From NCBI RefSeq assembly GCF_036971445.1, contig NC_091472.1, positions 248,124,001 through 248,188,000 on the forward strand: 64,000 nt of DNA, in the 5' to 3' direction. Both the position numbers and the translations under genes were made by a program. Under the pieces are notes generated by a model. That model made no database searches and was not told the DNA's origin. It saw only the letters and a list, made by a program, of their open reading frames with translations. Shown here piece by piece: positions 1-12,222 of this stretch (positions are counted from its first letter, which is position 1; every line of letters begins with the position of its first letter). Origin of the DNA: Narcine bancroftii. Its lineage: Eukaryota.

Positions 1-740
1 CAGTACTTTGCTTCTGGTTACACTTTCCACAGACTATTCAGGTAGGGTGCCCAAGTATCAAGTCACACCTTGGCCCATTGCTGTATTCCTCTGTCACTTC
101 TGCCTCACAGTATTCCTGTTCTCTCAAATTGATTATTATAAATATTCCTTCCCCAAACTTATACGTACCCAAAGTTTCAGCTGTAACTCTTTGTGACTCC
201 TCATCTTTTTCATTTTTTTCTCATGGCTCCTTAAGTTCGCACTCTTGCATCCACGTGACTTTTCCACCTGTTTTCATGTAAATTCTATTCTTAGCTATCC
301 TCCACTCATATTCCATTATGACCTGATCAAAGCAACAATACAGGATGATGATAATCGTCCTGCATTGTCTCTCATTCACTTCACTGTTTCAGCAAACTTC
401 AATGTATCTTCCTCCTGAAAGAATTTACTTCTTTGTGCCACTTTCATAATTGACTTCAATTAATTTTGCTTTTGCATTTTTCAATTGATTTTCCTTTTGT
501 ATTCTGAACACCAGGTCCCCTGGATCTTCAAATCGCTCAGTAGCACCCTGAAACTTTTCTCCATACATGTCTTCCTCTACCTTCTTGCTATAATTTACTC
601 CTACCTTAGCTTGCCTGTCAATGAAACAGGGCAAGCTCTAGACATTTGATGATTTCCTTCTATTGACATCTAGCAACTTAACTCTCATAATTTTCAGAAG
701 GCGGTCATTAACCATCCTGTCTATATCTCCTTTTCACTCC
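1..740 (-). mobile_element. Highly decayed RTE-type LINE, AP-endonuclease region
   Basis: Minus frame read through stops gives VNDRLLKIMRVKL...RQAKVG...EKFQGATERFEDPGDLVF...NERQ...GKVTW. This resembles the order of RTE APE motifs (SDRIMRVKL, APQVG, EKEEFWEKL, GD, VTY). Several in-frame stops. Confidence 0.4.
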
Positions 741-1384
741 TATTAAATAAGAAAGTTGGCAGATGCTGGCATCACAAATGTGCTGGAGAAACTCAGCAGG
801 TCATGCAGCATCCAGAGGAAGTAAAGAGTAACCACTGATTAGGGGGTACGTGTAACTTATCCTTTACTTTCTATGGAAGCTGCAGGCGGAGTAGGGCCCC
901 AATCCCAGGCTGATATACAATGGCCTCAGTTCCCTTTCTGTGTCACTTCCTCACAACCTTCAATCTTTCATAAATGTCTCCATCTTCATCTTAAACCTAA
1001 TGATCCAGCCTCCACGATACTTGGTGGCAGAGATCCTTTGAAATTCATTGCCTTACGAGGGAAGAAAATTTATGCACTTCAGTTTGAACTGGCCTTATTT
1101 TATTGCTATGTCACCTTGTTCGTGATTTTCCCACAAGCGAAAACTTTTCAGCGTCCAACCTCTTGGGAATGTTTTATGTTGAGTAACCTTTTGAAATTTA
1201 GTGCATTTTGTAATTTTCACTCTCCTGCAGTTCCTTCATTTAAAACCCTTGGCGCTATGTCTACTTTGAGCGCAATGGGTTTGTAAAGAGGAATGTTTCT
1301 TTGAAATACCCATGAATACCACTTCCTGAGGGAACCTGCACTGCCAGGCAACTTCAGTGGCCAGTACTCCGCTGAGAAATTCGT

Positions 1385-2240
1385 AGAACCATAGAAATGA
1401 GCAGCACAGAAATAGCCCCTTCCAGCCCATCTTTTCCATTCCAACAGTAATAGCCATCATACTAATCCCATTGCCCTCTTGTGAGGCCTATATCTCTCCA
1501 CACCTTTTCTATCCTTGTCCAACTGCTTCTTATATAAAATTTATTTGTCTCTACCACCTCATTCCTGATAAATACCATCCTATGTGTCAAAACCTTGGAC
1601 TCTGTTCTCCTCTCCACTCCCCCCCTCCCCACACCCAACAATCTATCCAATCAAGACCTATTTTAATTCTATAAACCTCTGTAAGGTCATCCTGTCACCT
1701 CTTATTGTCCAGTAAAATCAAATCCAATCCATCTAATCCCTCTTTATAAATACAATCCTCAAATCCAGGAACATCCCAGTGAATCTCTTTGCACTTTTTC
1801 TTTCTTACCATCACATTCTTCCTGTTGTGTTATGACCAGAACTTCATGCAATTATGCAAATTCCATCTAACCAATGCGTTGAAAAACAGCTACATTATGT
1901 TTTCAATGCTTCCGTCTATGAAGACAACTAGACATCTGAGTCGCTACTTTCAGGAGCTATGAACATGCACACACTTCATGTCTTTGCCATTTACTCTATA
2001 TTGGTGGTTTAAAAATTTTTATTTTCCACTCACATGCCACTTTAAATAATCCCTATACTCTGTGATTAGTAAGAGATTACTTAAGGTGATATGTGTGTGG
2101 AAAGAAAAAGTTTGAAAACTACAACTCTATATTGTCATTCCAGTGAGTGACTTTCCCCAAATTTATTTTGCCACACCTCCACTCAACTTTCCAGTTGATC
2201 TATGCCTGCTGCATCCTGAGTTAAAGGCTATCCTCTATGT
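1385..2240 (-). mobile_element. CR1 LINE 3' fragment (decayed), interrupted by a hAT MITE
   Basis: CR1-like tail (agaaccatagaa) at about 1385, and ORF 1462-1650 resembling the CR1 ORF2 C-terminus (THRMV..RNEVVE). Confidence 0.6.
2001..2123. mobile_element. hAT (Charlie-like) MITE
   Basis: 8-bp TSD actctata at 1993-2000 and 2124-2131. Degenerate TIRs (ggtggttt / gtttgaaaactac). Body is shared with 53590-53920. Confidence 0.75.
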
Positions 2241-2305
2241 GGCTCCACACACTAATTCATACTCCAGCCAATGCAGCTGAGTGCAGATACAATAAAATGC
2301 AAGCA

Positions 2306-2519
2306 CAGTAAAATCCCCATTATCCAGAATTCAAGCAACCGGCAACCTTAACCAACTGGGATTGGGGTGTGGGGGGGGGGGGGGGGGGGCGGTGATCACA
2401 AAAAAAAACAAGTAAAGAATACAAAAGTTTAAAATTGACGTTTCTAAGCAGTCAGTTCGCCAGTCACGCAACATGCAATATCAAGCATCCAGCAAATTCA
2501 ATTATCCAGCATTTTACTG
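2306..2519. mobile_element. Tigger/Tc1-mariner-like MITE
   Basis: Terminal inverted repeats cagtaaaat...attttactg, with an internal repeated ttatccag motif. Confidence 0.6.
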
Positions 2520-3479
2520 CACCAGGAAAATGCCAAAGTTCTATCATTTATGTGATCCATGACCTGCTCGCATGTATGAGTCAAAAAGCTCCCTTTGCTA
2601 GTTGCAAAGACTTCATTGTAGTGTGATGCATGCTGCATGACCTGACCAATTGGAGGAAGTGCCTTGTGCAGCTGCACATAAAGAGGTTGGGAGGCATTAA
2701 ACATAACCTGAAGTTTAGCAGGAGCAGGACGACAGGGAAAGCCACCAGTTGGAAGCCTTAGCTGAAGCTCTACTTGAGCAAAGGAGGGAGGGTTGTAGTT
2801 ATAAAGAGGGATTAGATGGGTTGGATTTGTTTTTGCTGGACAATAAGAGGTGGCAGGATGACCTTACAGAGGTTTATAGACCCCTTAGCTATGTAGGATT
2901 CCTTCAGGTTGGCACTTTCCACAAAGAGCCTGATAAGTCATAATTTACAATACAAAACATCCTATTCTACCCATACTTCAATCTATAATGTCAATGCATT
3001 ACAACAACAATGAACCAGAAGCAGGATGCATAAAATCCCCTCACATTCCACTGCACTGACCTGCCTGCTTGGAATAGGACACACATCAATCAATGATTTC
3101 CTGATCCAATTTAAAAGGCCTGATATAATGAGTCTGTACATCCTGAAGAAGCACATTCTGTAGATGGCTCTGATCTCTGTATGAGATACACGTATGAGTT
3201 TAACTTCACTTAGCAGAACCAAATGTTGGTCAAGATCACAAATCCTATCCAACATCGATGATGCCTCGTCAGCAGTGTAGTCCCTCAGCTACTGTACGTC
3301 ACCTCAAGTTGATCAGATTTTCACACAATGGTAATACAGAATCATTAAAATATTACTATTTTAAAGTTCACAATCAAGAAAAAAAGACTCTGGAATTACA
3401 GAAAAGGTTTACTTTCACCATTGCATGATGGACCATATAAAGGTTCACAGTCAATGAAAATCCCAAAAGTTCCAAATAT

Positions 3480-3690
3480 TGGAAGACTGAAATAAAAACA
3501 GAAAATGTTGGAAATGCTCAAAATGCAAGGCAGAAAATGTGGGAAGAGCAACAGTTAATATCTGAGGTCAAAGATTCTGAATGGAGGTGGTTTCTCGATG
3601 AAGGATCTGCAGCCTGAATCATTCATTGCTCCTCTCTTCTCACATCTCTGACCTGACCTGCTGAAGCTTCCAGTGTTTTCTGTTATAGTT
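3480..3690. mobile_element. Penelope-like pseudo-LTR remnant in inverted (hairpin) arrangement
   Basis: The arm aacagaaaatgttggaaatgctca is mirrored by tgctgaagcttccagtgttttctgtt. A decayed gatgaagg...cctgaa core lies at about 3597-3620. Confidence 0.55.
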
Positions 3691-3741
3691 GCACAACAGG
3701 TCAGAAGTCAATCAGAGGAACATTCCTCTATTAACTTAAAC

Positions 3742-3937
3742 TTAAACTTAGACAGCACAGTAACAGGCCTTAAACTTAGACAGCACAGTAACAGGCCTTA
3801 AACTTAGACAGCACAGTAACAGGCCTTAAACTTAGACAGCACAGTAACAGGCCTTAAACTTAGACAGCACAGTAACAGGCCTTAAACTTAGACAGCACAG
3901 TAACAGGCCTTAAACTTAGATAGCACAGTAACAGGTC
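3742..3937. repeat. 28-bp minisatellite x7 (ttaaacttagacagcacagtaacaggcc) derived from a SINE tail
   Basis: Six identical head-to-tail copies plus a seventh with 2 mismatches that is the SINE's own 3' end. No spacers. Confidence 0.95.
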
Positions 3938-4138
3938 TTTCAGCTCATGAGCCCGCGCTGCCCGATTAACTTTCTACCCTGTATTTTTTTTAAGTGTATG
4001 AGGAAACTAGAACACATGGAGGAAACCCACGCAGACATGGAGAGAATGTACAAACTCCTTACAGACAACACCAGATTAAAACATGAGTCGCTGGCTATAA
4101 TAGTGTTGCACTAACCGCTAGGGCTAACTGTGCCACCA
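3910..4138 (-). mobile_element. tRNA-derived V-SINE (HE1-like)
   Basis: Reverse complement of the V-domain (tctgtaaggagtttgtacattctccatgtctgcgtgggtttcc) with a tRNA-like head at about 4080-4135. Confidence 0.85.
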
Positions 4139-5315
4139 ACAATTGGATGTGGCCAATGATGTGTTATAATTTCATGCCAAAAGCACTCTTGTCCAAGCCT
4201 CTTTCCCATTGTTCTCAGCTCATCACATGAAGAGTGACTCCCAGGGTAGACCAATCCCAAGAGTGACATTTTTTAGACTGACCCCTTCTGCCAACCTCCA
4301 TTTACACTGGGCCAGTATTTGAATTACCTCCAGTCATGCAAAATTCCCGACTAGTAACTTTTATTAAATGACTGAAAGGGTGAAATTATTATTCTGTGAT
4401 CAGATGATGAGAAATTTCAACAATTTTAATTTAACAGTGGGCACTAAGAAAAACCTTCCCTGTCCCCTGACTTCTCCTCCTATGGGCTGACTCCTGCTCA
4501 TGATTATCTCCATTCAAAGGCATCATCTGTTGATGATCCGATAAGGCATCATTTCTGGTGATTAACCAGGTTATGGCTCCTGATTACAATCATGGTGCTT
4601 GTGAGGACTCATTTGCTGGGCATTAACAGCTCTACTTGCAGCTTCCTCTCTGATTGAACTTGGGTCTCCCACTCCCCCTTCTCACTGTTCTCAGCAAACA
4701 CGCTTCAACCATTTCCCCTTCCCTTGCTGATATCTGTACCATGACTGGTGTTTCTTCCAATGTCACAAAATCACAATTCTGAATTAAATTTCAGATTGTC
4801 AAACACAATTTCAAGGGTTATAATAGGTTACTCTATTCACAATGGGATTATGAGTGGGAAAATAATTTCAAAGGAATTACATGTTCACAAATTCAATGGT
4901 CAAATAAGCTTTCAAAGCTTTCTTCATTAAAACTAAGCCGACCAAGTATTAACATTAAATGTCCGATGTAAACAATCAGTTCATTCAACCATTAAATGAT
5001 CTCTGCTAATGGTTTTTACCTGACTCAATGTTTTTAATATTAAAATTTCTGAAGGTGTCTCGAACAGAACTCAAACACCTTCAATTTACTAGAGTTGTGG
5101 GTAATTTATCNNNNNNNNNNNNNNNNNNNNNNNNNNNNNNNNNNNNNNNNNNNNNNNNNNNNNNNNNNNNNNNNNNNNNNNNNNNNNNNNNNNNNNNNNN
5201 NNNNNNNNNNNNNNNNNNNNNNNNNNNNNNNNNNNNNNNNNNNNNNNNNNNNNNNNNNNNNNNNNNNNNNNNNNNNNNNTACAGGTTGTGAATTCTTCTA
5301 AATCTTTTTGTTAAG

Positions 5316-5560
5316 GGTGGCTCAGTTAATACAATGCCATTACAGCACCAGCGATTGGGACCAGTGTATGAACCCACGCTGTCTGTAAGGAGTTTGTACA
5401 TTCTCCCCATGTCTGCACCCTCCGGGTGCTCCAGTTTCCTCCCACTGTTCAAAACGTTCCAGGGGTTGTACGTCAATTGAGTGTAATTGAGCGACATGGG
5501 CTCTTAGGCCAAAAGGGCCTGTTACCGTACTATATGTCAAAATTTAATTTTTAAAATTAA
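5316..5560 (+). mobile_element. tRNA-derived V-SINE (HE1-like)
   Basis: V-domain gctgtctgtaaggagtttgtacattctccccatgtctgc, tail ggcctgttaccgtactatatgtc, then an AT-rich end. Confidence 0.85.
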
Positions 5561-6419
5561 TTTTAAAATGTAAATTTAAAGTTTAATATTACACTTTTGC
5601 TCAATTTCTGAAATATATACCACAAATTGTCTTCACCCATCTGTTGTGTAAACGCATCTCCCCAGCCCCATTAATACTCTTCTGGTAGATATTGTTCTGC
5701 ATGATAAAGATTGTAAGAACAATCCAAGCAGAGGAGAATAATTGCAAGATAAGAATCAACTTCACACTGGAGGTCATAAGCACTCATTGCTAAAATAACA
5801 TGGCAGTTGACAACATCAGTTAAATAATTGCATATTCAAAGCTGCTGAAGCAAGCCTTATCTTTTATAAAGAAGAAAGCATGATTCATCACAAAAAGATA
5901 CTGCTCACTAGTATTAAATATTTTATTTTATTCTGTTCGTACAAACATGCATGACCACCTTTCCAGAGGGCCTCCAGAAATGCCAGCACTGCCATACCAG
6001 TGTGACTTCTCTCTGCAAAATGTGTCCACAATAAGAATGTATTTGAACATTATTGGTTAATGACTTGCATAGACTCAGTGGGCTGAAGGGTCTGTATCTG
6101 TGCTTTTTTTTTGAAATGATTATTGCCAATGTCTTGAGAAAGCTTTGCTAAATCAAGTAATTCATCAGTGCTAAATGTTGATATTTCTCTCTAAAAATAC
6201 ATACTCCATTATTTGTTAATGTCTGAGCAACACTAAAGTGTCTTTTGTGGCTGCAGGCCATTTGCTCAAAGGTTGTTCATCTTCACTTGCCTGCATATTT
6301 GTCATTCATTGTCCAAGAGAAGTGATAGCTTCATGTAGATCTGCTTCAGAGTGGTGCTCATCCACCTGGGATGGCTGGATGAGGGAGTGGGTGGAAACTT
6401 GTGAATGACAGAGAACACA

Positions 6420-6810
6420 ACTCGGGCCATCACACAAATGAACTGTCCTTCTGCCAACCATATTTACCTCCCTCTGTCTCAGGAAAGTTGCCAACATATT
6501 GAAGTACCCACCCCATCTCGGTCACACTCTCTTCTTCTCTTACATTCAAGGACAGTTTCTTTCCTGCTGTTATTAGAATTCTTAAATGGACCCCTCATTA
6601 ATAAAATAAATGATGCTCTTGCACTATTTTAAATGTGCTGTTCTCTATCCCCTGCACTTTTGACTAACTGCAAAAGTACATAATGCAATTTTGTTTTATT
6701 ATTGCACTATCTACTATACTTAAGTGTGGGCTCACTTGCCGGGATAGCATACAAGAGAAAGGTTTATATCTGGATACATGTGCCAATAAACAAGCTAATT
6801 CAATTCAATT
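6420..6810 (+). mobile_element. Rex/Babar-type LINE 3' end
   Basis: acagtttcttcctgctgttattagaattcttaaat encodes a (D)SFFPAVIRILK-type C-terminus, followed by aataaa and a caatt tail. Confidence 0.6.
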
Positions 6811-6892
6811 GGTGGCCTCCTTAAAGGGTCATCAATATTCTGAAGTTGCAGACAAAACAACTTTCAGGAATTGGACAGATTTAATTTTTTTT

Positions 6893-7130
6893 TAAAATTT
6901 AGACATAGAGCACTGTAACAGTCCAATTCGGTTCTATGAGTCTGTGCTGCCCAATTTAGACCCCATTAATCTACGCCCCTGTATGTTTTTGAATGGTGGA
7001 AGGAAACCGGAGCTCCTGGAGAAAACCCATGCAGTGAAGAGGAGATCATACAAACTCCTTACAGATAGCAGATAGGGCAGGATTCGAACCCAAGTCCGGT
7101 TGGGATTGCTGGCACTAACCGTTATGCTGC
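6893..7130 (-). mobile_element. tRNA-derived V-SINE (HE1-like)
   Basis: Same V-domain and tail as the other copies. B-box-like gggttcgaatcc on the minus strand at about 7080-7091. Confidence 0.85.
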
Positions 7131-7405
7131 CCAGATGATGGAGTGATGATCCATTGGCATCTGGGCTACACTTGCATTGGTTCATATTCCAGACCCAGGA
7201 ATGACACACAGAGTCAAGAACACAAGAGAATAAATAGAAGCAGAAGTAGGCCACTTACCCCCTCAACATGAACCTAACTGATCTGCTCTGGCCTCAACTT
7301 TTCCTTTGTCCCTTTCGCCATAACCCTCTATTGTTCAACATCATTGGAGCCCCTTGTTTCATCTTCTCCTCAGGGACTGCACCTGCACCACCTGAACAGG
7401 CTCCA

Positions 7406-7850
7406 TATAACCATATAACCATATAACCACTTACAGCACAGAATAGGCCAGTTCAGCCCTACTAGTCCATGCCGTAACAAATTCCCACCCTCCTAGTCCC
7501 ACTGACCAGCACCTGGTCCATACCCCTCCAGTCCTCTCCTCTCCATGTAACTATCTAGTCTATCCTTAAATGTAACCAATGATCCCACCTCGACCACGTC
7601 TGCCGGAAGCTCATTCCACATCCCTACCACCCTTTGCGTAAAGAAATTTCCCCTCATGTTTCCCTTATAATTTTCCCCCTTCAATCTTAAACCATGCCCT
7701 CTAGTTTGAATCTCCCCCACTCTTAATTGAAAAAGCCTATCCACGTTTACTCTGTCCCTTTTAAAATCTTAAGCACCTCTATCAAGTCCCCTCTCAATCT
7801 TCTATGCTCCAGAGAAAAAAGCCCTAGTCTGCACAACCTTTCCCTGTAAC
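7406..7850 (-). mobile_element. Young CR1 LINE 3' fragment
   Basis: (ataaccat)n tail. ORFs give YRERLCRLGLFSLEHRRLRGDLIEV and TRGHGLRL...FFTQRVVGMWNELP, the classic CR1 ORF2 C-terminus. Confidence 0.95.
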
Positions 7851-8310
7851 TCCAAGGTCCATGGGAGGTGCATGGGAGGACGTAAGGGCACGACACCATA
7901 GTGGGAGAGAGACCACCATCACATGTCACAGTGGTGGGTAAGTGACCACTGCAGGAGAGTGGCCTGCTTACCAGTGGCATCTCTCTGCTCATGAAGGAGA
8001 TCAATATACTGACGCGGCATCTCTGAGGAGAACAGCCAGATTCATCTGAAGCCTCCTGTTGCTGTGATGAGCAGCATGAATTTTGCAATGTATTGCATCC
8101 CATGTCTGTGGGAACCAGCTACCCCACAAATGGCATTTCACTACTTAGTGAGGCCAATGTCTGCTGCTGTTACCTTGGCAGCACTTCTCTTTATATCTCT
8201 TACTCCAGGCAGGAAGGACACAAAGAGGAGGAGTGAAGAAATCTTAGTAGCCTGGGAGGAGACTGTCATTGGGTCCCATTCCAGGTTCATCTCTACTGGT
8301 GCCCTCTGCT
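7850..8310 (+). mobile_element. Possible decayed PIF/Harbinger transposase fragment
   Basis: PPVAVMSSMNF...QMAFHYLVRPMSAAV weakly resembles Harbinger LPVAVKVTAALNF...QSAVHRCIRQVTDAL. Confidence 0.3.
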
Positions 8311-8839
8311 TTACCTGAACTAACAAAATCCAATCAGCAAGATGTGCCCGTCCAAGTCTTCTTCAAATTGCAGCTCCCAAACTCACAAGCACTGCTGCCT
8401 GTAAGACAAGCACTTGGGAACGCCACCACTTTCAAGTTCCACCCTGGGTCACACATTGTCCGGAAAAAAAATTACCACCTTTTTTTTTTAAATCACCACA
8501 TGGGCAAAGACCCTGGAACTCCCCATCTCACATAATGGAGCCAGTATCTTCAGCACAAGGACTGCAGCCGTCAACGAAGACAGCTCACCACCAACTTGCA
8601 GAGGGCAGTTTGATCTGCAATCCAAACCCACTATACTCTACAATGCAATAATCCCTGGTTTGACTGTTCATGGCATAGGGCAATTATTGATGCAGGTCAT
8701 CATGGCTCATTCTCACTAATCCCCAGTCTCTCCACTCTGGAACGTATTGAACAACAGCTGCATGAACACCTTTGAGGAAAATTCAAATTGTGCATCCTTT
8801 AGTTAGTTAGTTCCCCAGTGATCTGACAGGGAACTGCGT

Positions 8840-9440
8840 GTCTATACATTTTCACCTCATTCACTGCAATGCAGAAGCAGGCTATTTGACCCATCTAGTC
8901 TATCGGAACTATTATTCTGCACTTGGACCAGAAGCTTCCATATGTCTCCAATCCTGGTACGTGTTGCAAATTGAGCCTGCATTCATCACTTAAGCTCGCT
9001 GCTCCTTCTACACTCTCACCACTGAAGAAGTTCTCCCTAAAGCTGACTTTAAACATAGAACTTAGAAACACTACAACACAGTACAAGCCCTTTGGCCCTC
9101 AATGTAGTGCCAATGCATATATTCCTTTAAAAAAAATGTTCTAAACCCTTCCTACCCCGCAACCCTCTATTTCTCTTTCATCCATGTGCTCCTCCTAATT
9201 TTTCAGCTTCCATGACCATCCCCAGCAAGGCATTCCAGGCACCCACAACTCTCTTGAGTAAAAAAACTTACCCCTGATGTCTCCACTAAATTTCCCTCCC
9301 TTTACTTTCTACATATGTTGTCTTTCACCCTTCACCCATGCCCTCTAATTCTTGTCTCATCAAAATTCATTGGAAAAGTCTGCTTGCATATACTCTATAT
9401 AAACCCCCATAATTATGCATGTTCTCCTGAGATTCAACCT
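8840..9440 (-). mobile_element. Nested CR1 3' fragments
   Basis: CR1 tail (acatagaacttagaaacactacaacacag) at about 9053 sits inside an older CR1 3' region. Confidence 0.65.
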
Positions 9441-9454
9441 CAACACTTAATTTT

Positions 9455-9678
9455 TAATTTTAATTTAGAGATAGTTGCAGGTCCTTCCAGCCCATGAGCC
9501 ACACTGCCTAAATACACCCATGAGATCAATTAAACTATTAACCCTGTATATCGTTGGAATGTGAGAAGAAATGTATGTAGACATGGGAAGAATGCACAAA
9601 CTCCTTGCAGACAGCACTAATTTCGAATCCAGGTCATTGGCGTTGTATTAGCGTTGGGCTAATCATTGCACTAACCGC
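9455..9678 (-). mobile_element. tRNA-derived V-SINE (HE1-like)
   Basis: Reverse V-domain (acaaactccttgcagacagc) and B-box-like ggattcgaaa. Confidence 0.8.
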
Positions 9679-9689
9679 TTGTTAAATCA

Positions 9690-10750
9690 AAATCATCTTT
9701 CTTTTCCAAATGGTTCCTTAGTGGTTCGAATGGCCAGTAACAGCAGTCATGTTAGAGAGTAAATTGGCCCTTGACTCAATAGGTCCATCCTTCTCTGCTG
9801 CTGCTCACTCCCACTCACTCCAATGCATTTATCACCCTGTGAGCTGCTTAATTTATCTGAGGTAGATATATCTGAGCTGATGGTTGCCAGGGTCAGGTTT
9901 TGTGCCAGTATGTGCTGTGAAGTGTTCCCTTGACCAGATGTACAAGGGCTTTGTTCTGTTGCTTGTTGCTGACCTTGGAAAAGAGTGGAAAGCAGGAAGC
10001 AATGATAGTCTTCAGATCATACAGAACTATTAACAACAAGATTTATACTGTCAGGGGTTTTAATAATTGCGTTTGATGACTGGGAGTGAATGAGCAAATA
10101 GAACAGGGGCAGACTATCACAAATTGTCAGCAAGTATCAGTCGTTCCAAAGGCCATCAACAGCCTCTTCAATATTCCAAATTATTTCCAGGACTTCTCCC
10201 TTTTATGCAGTTACAGTTCTCAAGTTTGTTTTTGGTCTGTCATCCTCAATTTGTTTTGCTGATGTGACAGTTGTATGTAACTTGCAGATGTTGTAGTAAG
10301 CATACAGTCCTTGGTTCTGAATTTGTGCTAGGAAGCGAATGAAGAGAAACTTACTACTATTGTCTGATGTACTTACTGACTTTACTGGGACAGGCGAATG
10401 CACCATCATATGTTCTTAATGCTGTCATTGTATAAATAGCAGACTTCAGTCCCTGAATAATCAATGAGAATTTGAGATCAGTAAGTAGTGTGAATAATCT
10501 TGCAATGCTCTGAAAGGACTCATTGCTGAGACCTCTTTTGTGCAGATCCCATAACTTTGGCTTATGGTTGTTCTGTTGCAATGTCTTGCCTTTCTTTGAA
10601 ATTTGATAAGATTGAGTCAACATTATGGCAAGGTTGAGTTGAAATCTGGCACAGCATCGGAACATCTCTAAAGATTTCTGAAGCTTGGTCATGTCTTCCT
10701 GTTTCCTGCTCTTGAAAGTGGGATTGATTTTAACTTGCCTTAGTGCATTT
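9690..10750 (-). mobile_element. Fossil Academ-like (XPG/PIN nuclease) DNA transposon coding fragment
   Basis: Co-linear decayed motifs on the minus strand: NIEEA (10161-10175, cf. HEEADT), IIK-TPD..LV (about 10035-10068, cf. IKSPDTDVLV), LLPAFHS (9982-10002, cf. LPAFHAFTGCD) and IWKR (9700-9711, cf. YQA.IWKR). Confidence 0.55.
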
Positions 10751-10829
10751 TCAACTACTCAGACACTAAATATATTCTTTTGCAAGAAGGGACAGTTTGA
10801 TATTTTCAACTTGATAAGGTTTTCTTAAA

Positions 10830-11290
10830 AGTTCAAGAAGGTTCAGCCACATCTGAAGCAATGTCTGCAGTTTTGGATACCGCACTATAGGAAGAATGGG
10901 GAGGCTTTGGAGAGGCTGTCGAAGAGGTTCACCAGGATGTTTACTGAGTTGAAGTGTGTTGGCTCTGAGGGAGATGGACAAACTTGAATTGACTTCTGGC
11001 ATGTCAGAGGTTGTGGAGTGACCATATAGAAGTACATAAGATTATGGGAGACATAGAGAAGGTAGACTGTCAGTCTTTTTTCCAGGGTGGGAAATATGAG
11101 AAAACATACTTTAGATAAGATGGGGAAAAGTGTGAAGGAGATTGGGAAGCAAAACTTTGAATGGAGAGTGGTAGTTGATCAAAATGTTCTGTCAAGGGAA
11201 GTGGTGGAAACAGATAGATTAAAGACATTTAATAGGCATTTAGATGGGTACATGAACAGGCAGAGGATGGAGAGCACAAGTCCATGGAAG
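10830..11290 (+). mobile_element. CR1 LINE 3' fragment
   Basis: gtctgcagttttggataccgcactataggaag (cf. VQFWSPHYRK) and the EVVETDRLKTFNRHLDGYMN C-terminus. Confidence 0.85.
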
Positions 11291-11369
11291 ATGCATATCC
11301 CTGGCCCAACACTTTGCCCTTGTACACCTGGGTAATAAGGACACATATGTCAGATTCCTATTTATTGAA

Positions 11370-12200
11370 TAGAGTTCTGCCTTCAATGCCAGAGTCCCAA
11401 ACTAATTTATCTCCAAATTCCTGGACCTAGGTCTCAACAATCCCTCAACGATCGGATGCCCAACTTCCTAACCTGCAGACCACAATCAGTGAGAATTATT
11501 GACAACACCACTTCCACAATAATTTTTAGTAACAATGCCCTGTCAGGCTGTGTATTACCTCTTACTATACTCCTTATACATTCATGACAGCATGACCAGT
11601 AACTGCTCAAGTTCCAACCACAAGTTGGTATATCTCATTTCTGTTTTAGGCCAGATCTCAAAAAAAAATGAAAAGATGGAAATCAGGAGGGAGATAAGAG
11701 TCTAGTGGCATAGTGTAAGGACAACAGTGTCTCCCTCAATGGAACAACACAAAGGAGCTTGTCACTGACTTTAGCAAGCAGCATGGACTACACTGGTCTG
11801 CATCAACAGTGCTGAGATGGAGATGGTGAGAGGGTTAGGTATTTTAGTGTAAATATCATCAACATTCTGTCCTGGTCCAATCACATCCAACTACAGACAG
11901 AAAAGCACTTCAACACCTTTACTTCCTTAAAAGCTTGAAGAAATTCAGCATGTTGCCAATGGTTTTTACTGGGTTTTAAAAATGCACCATGTAAAATATT
12001 CTGTCCAGCTGTAACACTGTTTAGAACAGAAACTCTCTGTCCAAGAAGCTGCAGAAAGCGATTAAGACCATCACACAAACAAACCTCTCATCCACCAACT
12101 CCATTCCCACTTCCACTGCCTTTGAAAAGCAGCCAATATATTAAAGGATGCATCTCATCCCATTCACATGCTCTTCTCCCCATCTCATCCCAAGTCAAAA
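11370..12200 (+). mobile_element. Rex/Babar-type LINE RT fragment (decayed)
   Basis: Motifs resembling DYSSAFN, KTKELVTDF, FLGVNI..LSW and KAANILKD. Confidence 0.75.
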
Positions 12201-12222
12201 AATACATACCTCTGGATACAAG

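Noticed and set aside
425-634. E/K-rich ORF as a host exon
   Set aside because: Bounded by in-frame stops and better explained as a decayed RTE endonuclease.
3240-3320. Possible Deu-domain SINE relic
   Set aside because: Similarity from memory is too short and weak to support a call.
3742-3937. CRISPR-like 28-bp repeats
   Set aside because: Head-to-tail with no spacers, derived from a SINE tail, eukaryotic context and no cas genes.
5028-5497. ORFs spanning N runs (also 27524-27946 and 39923-40447)
   Set aside because: Artefacts of assembly gaps.
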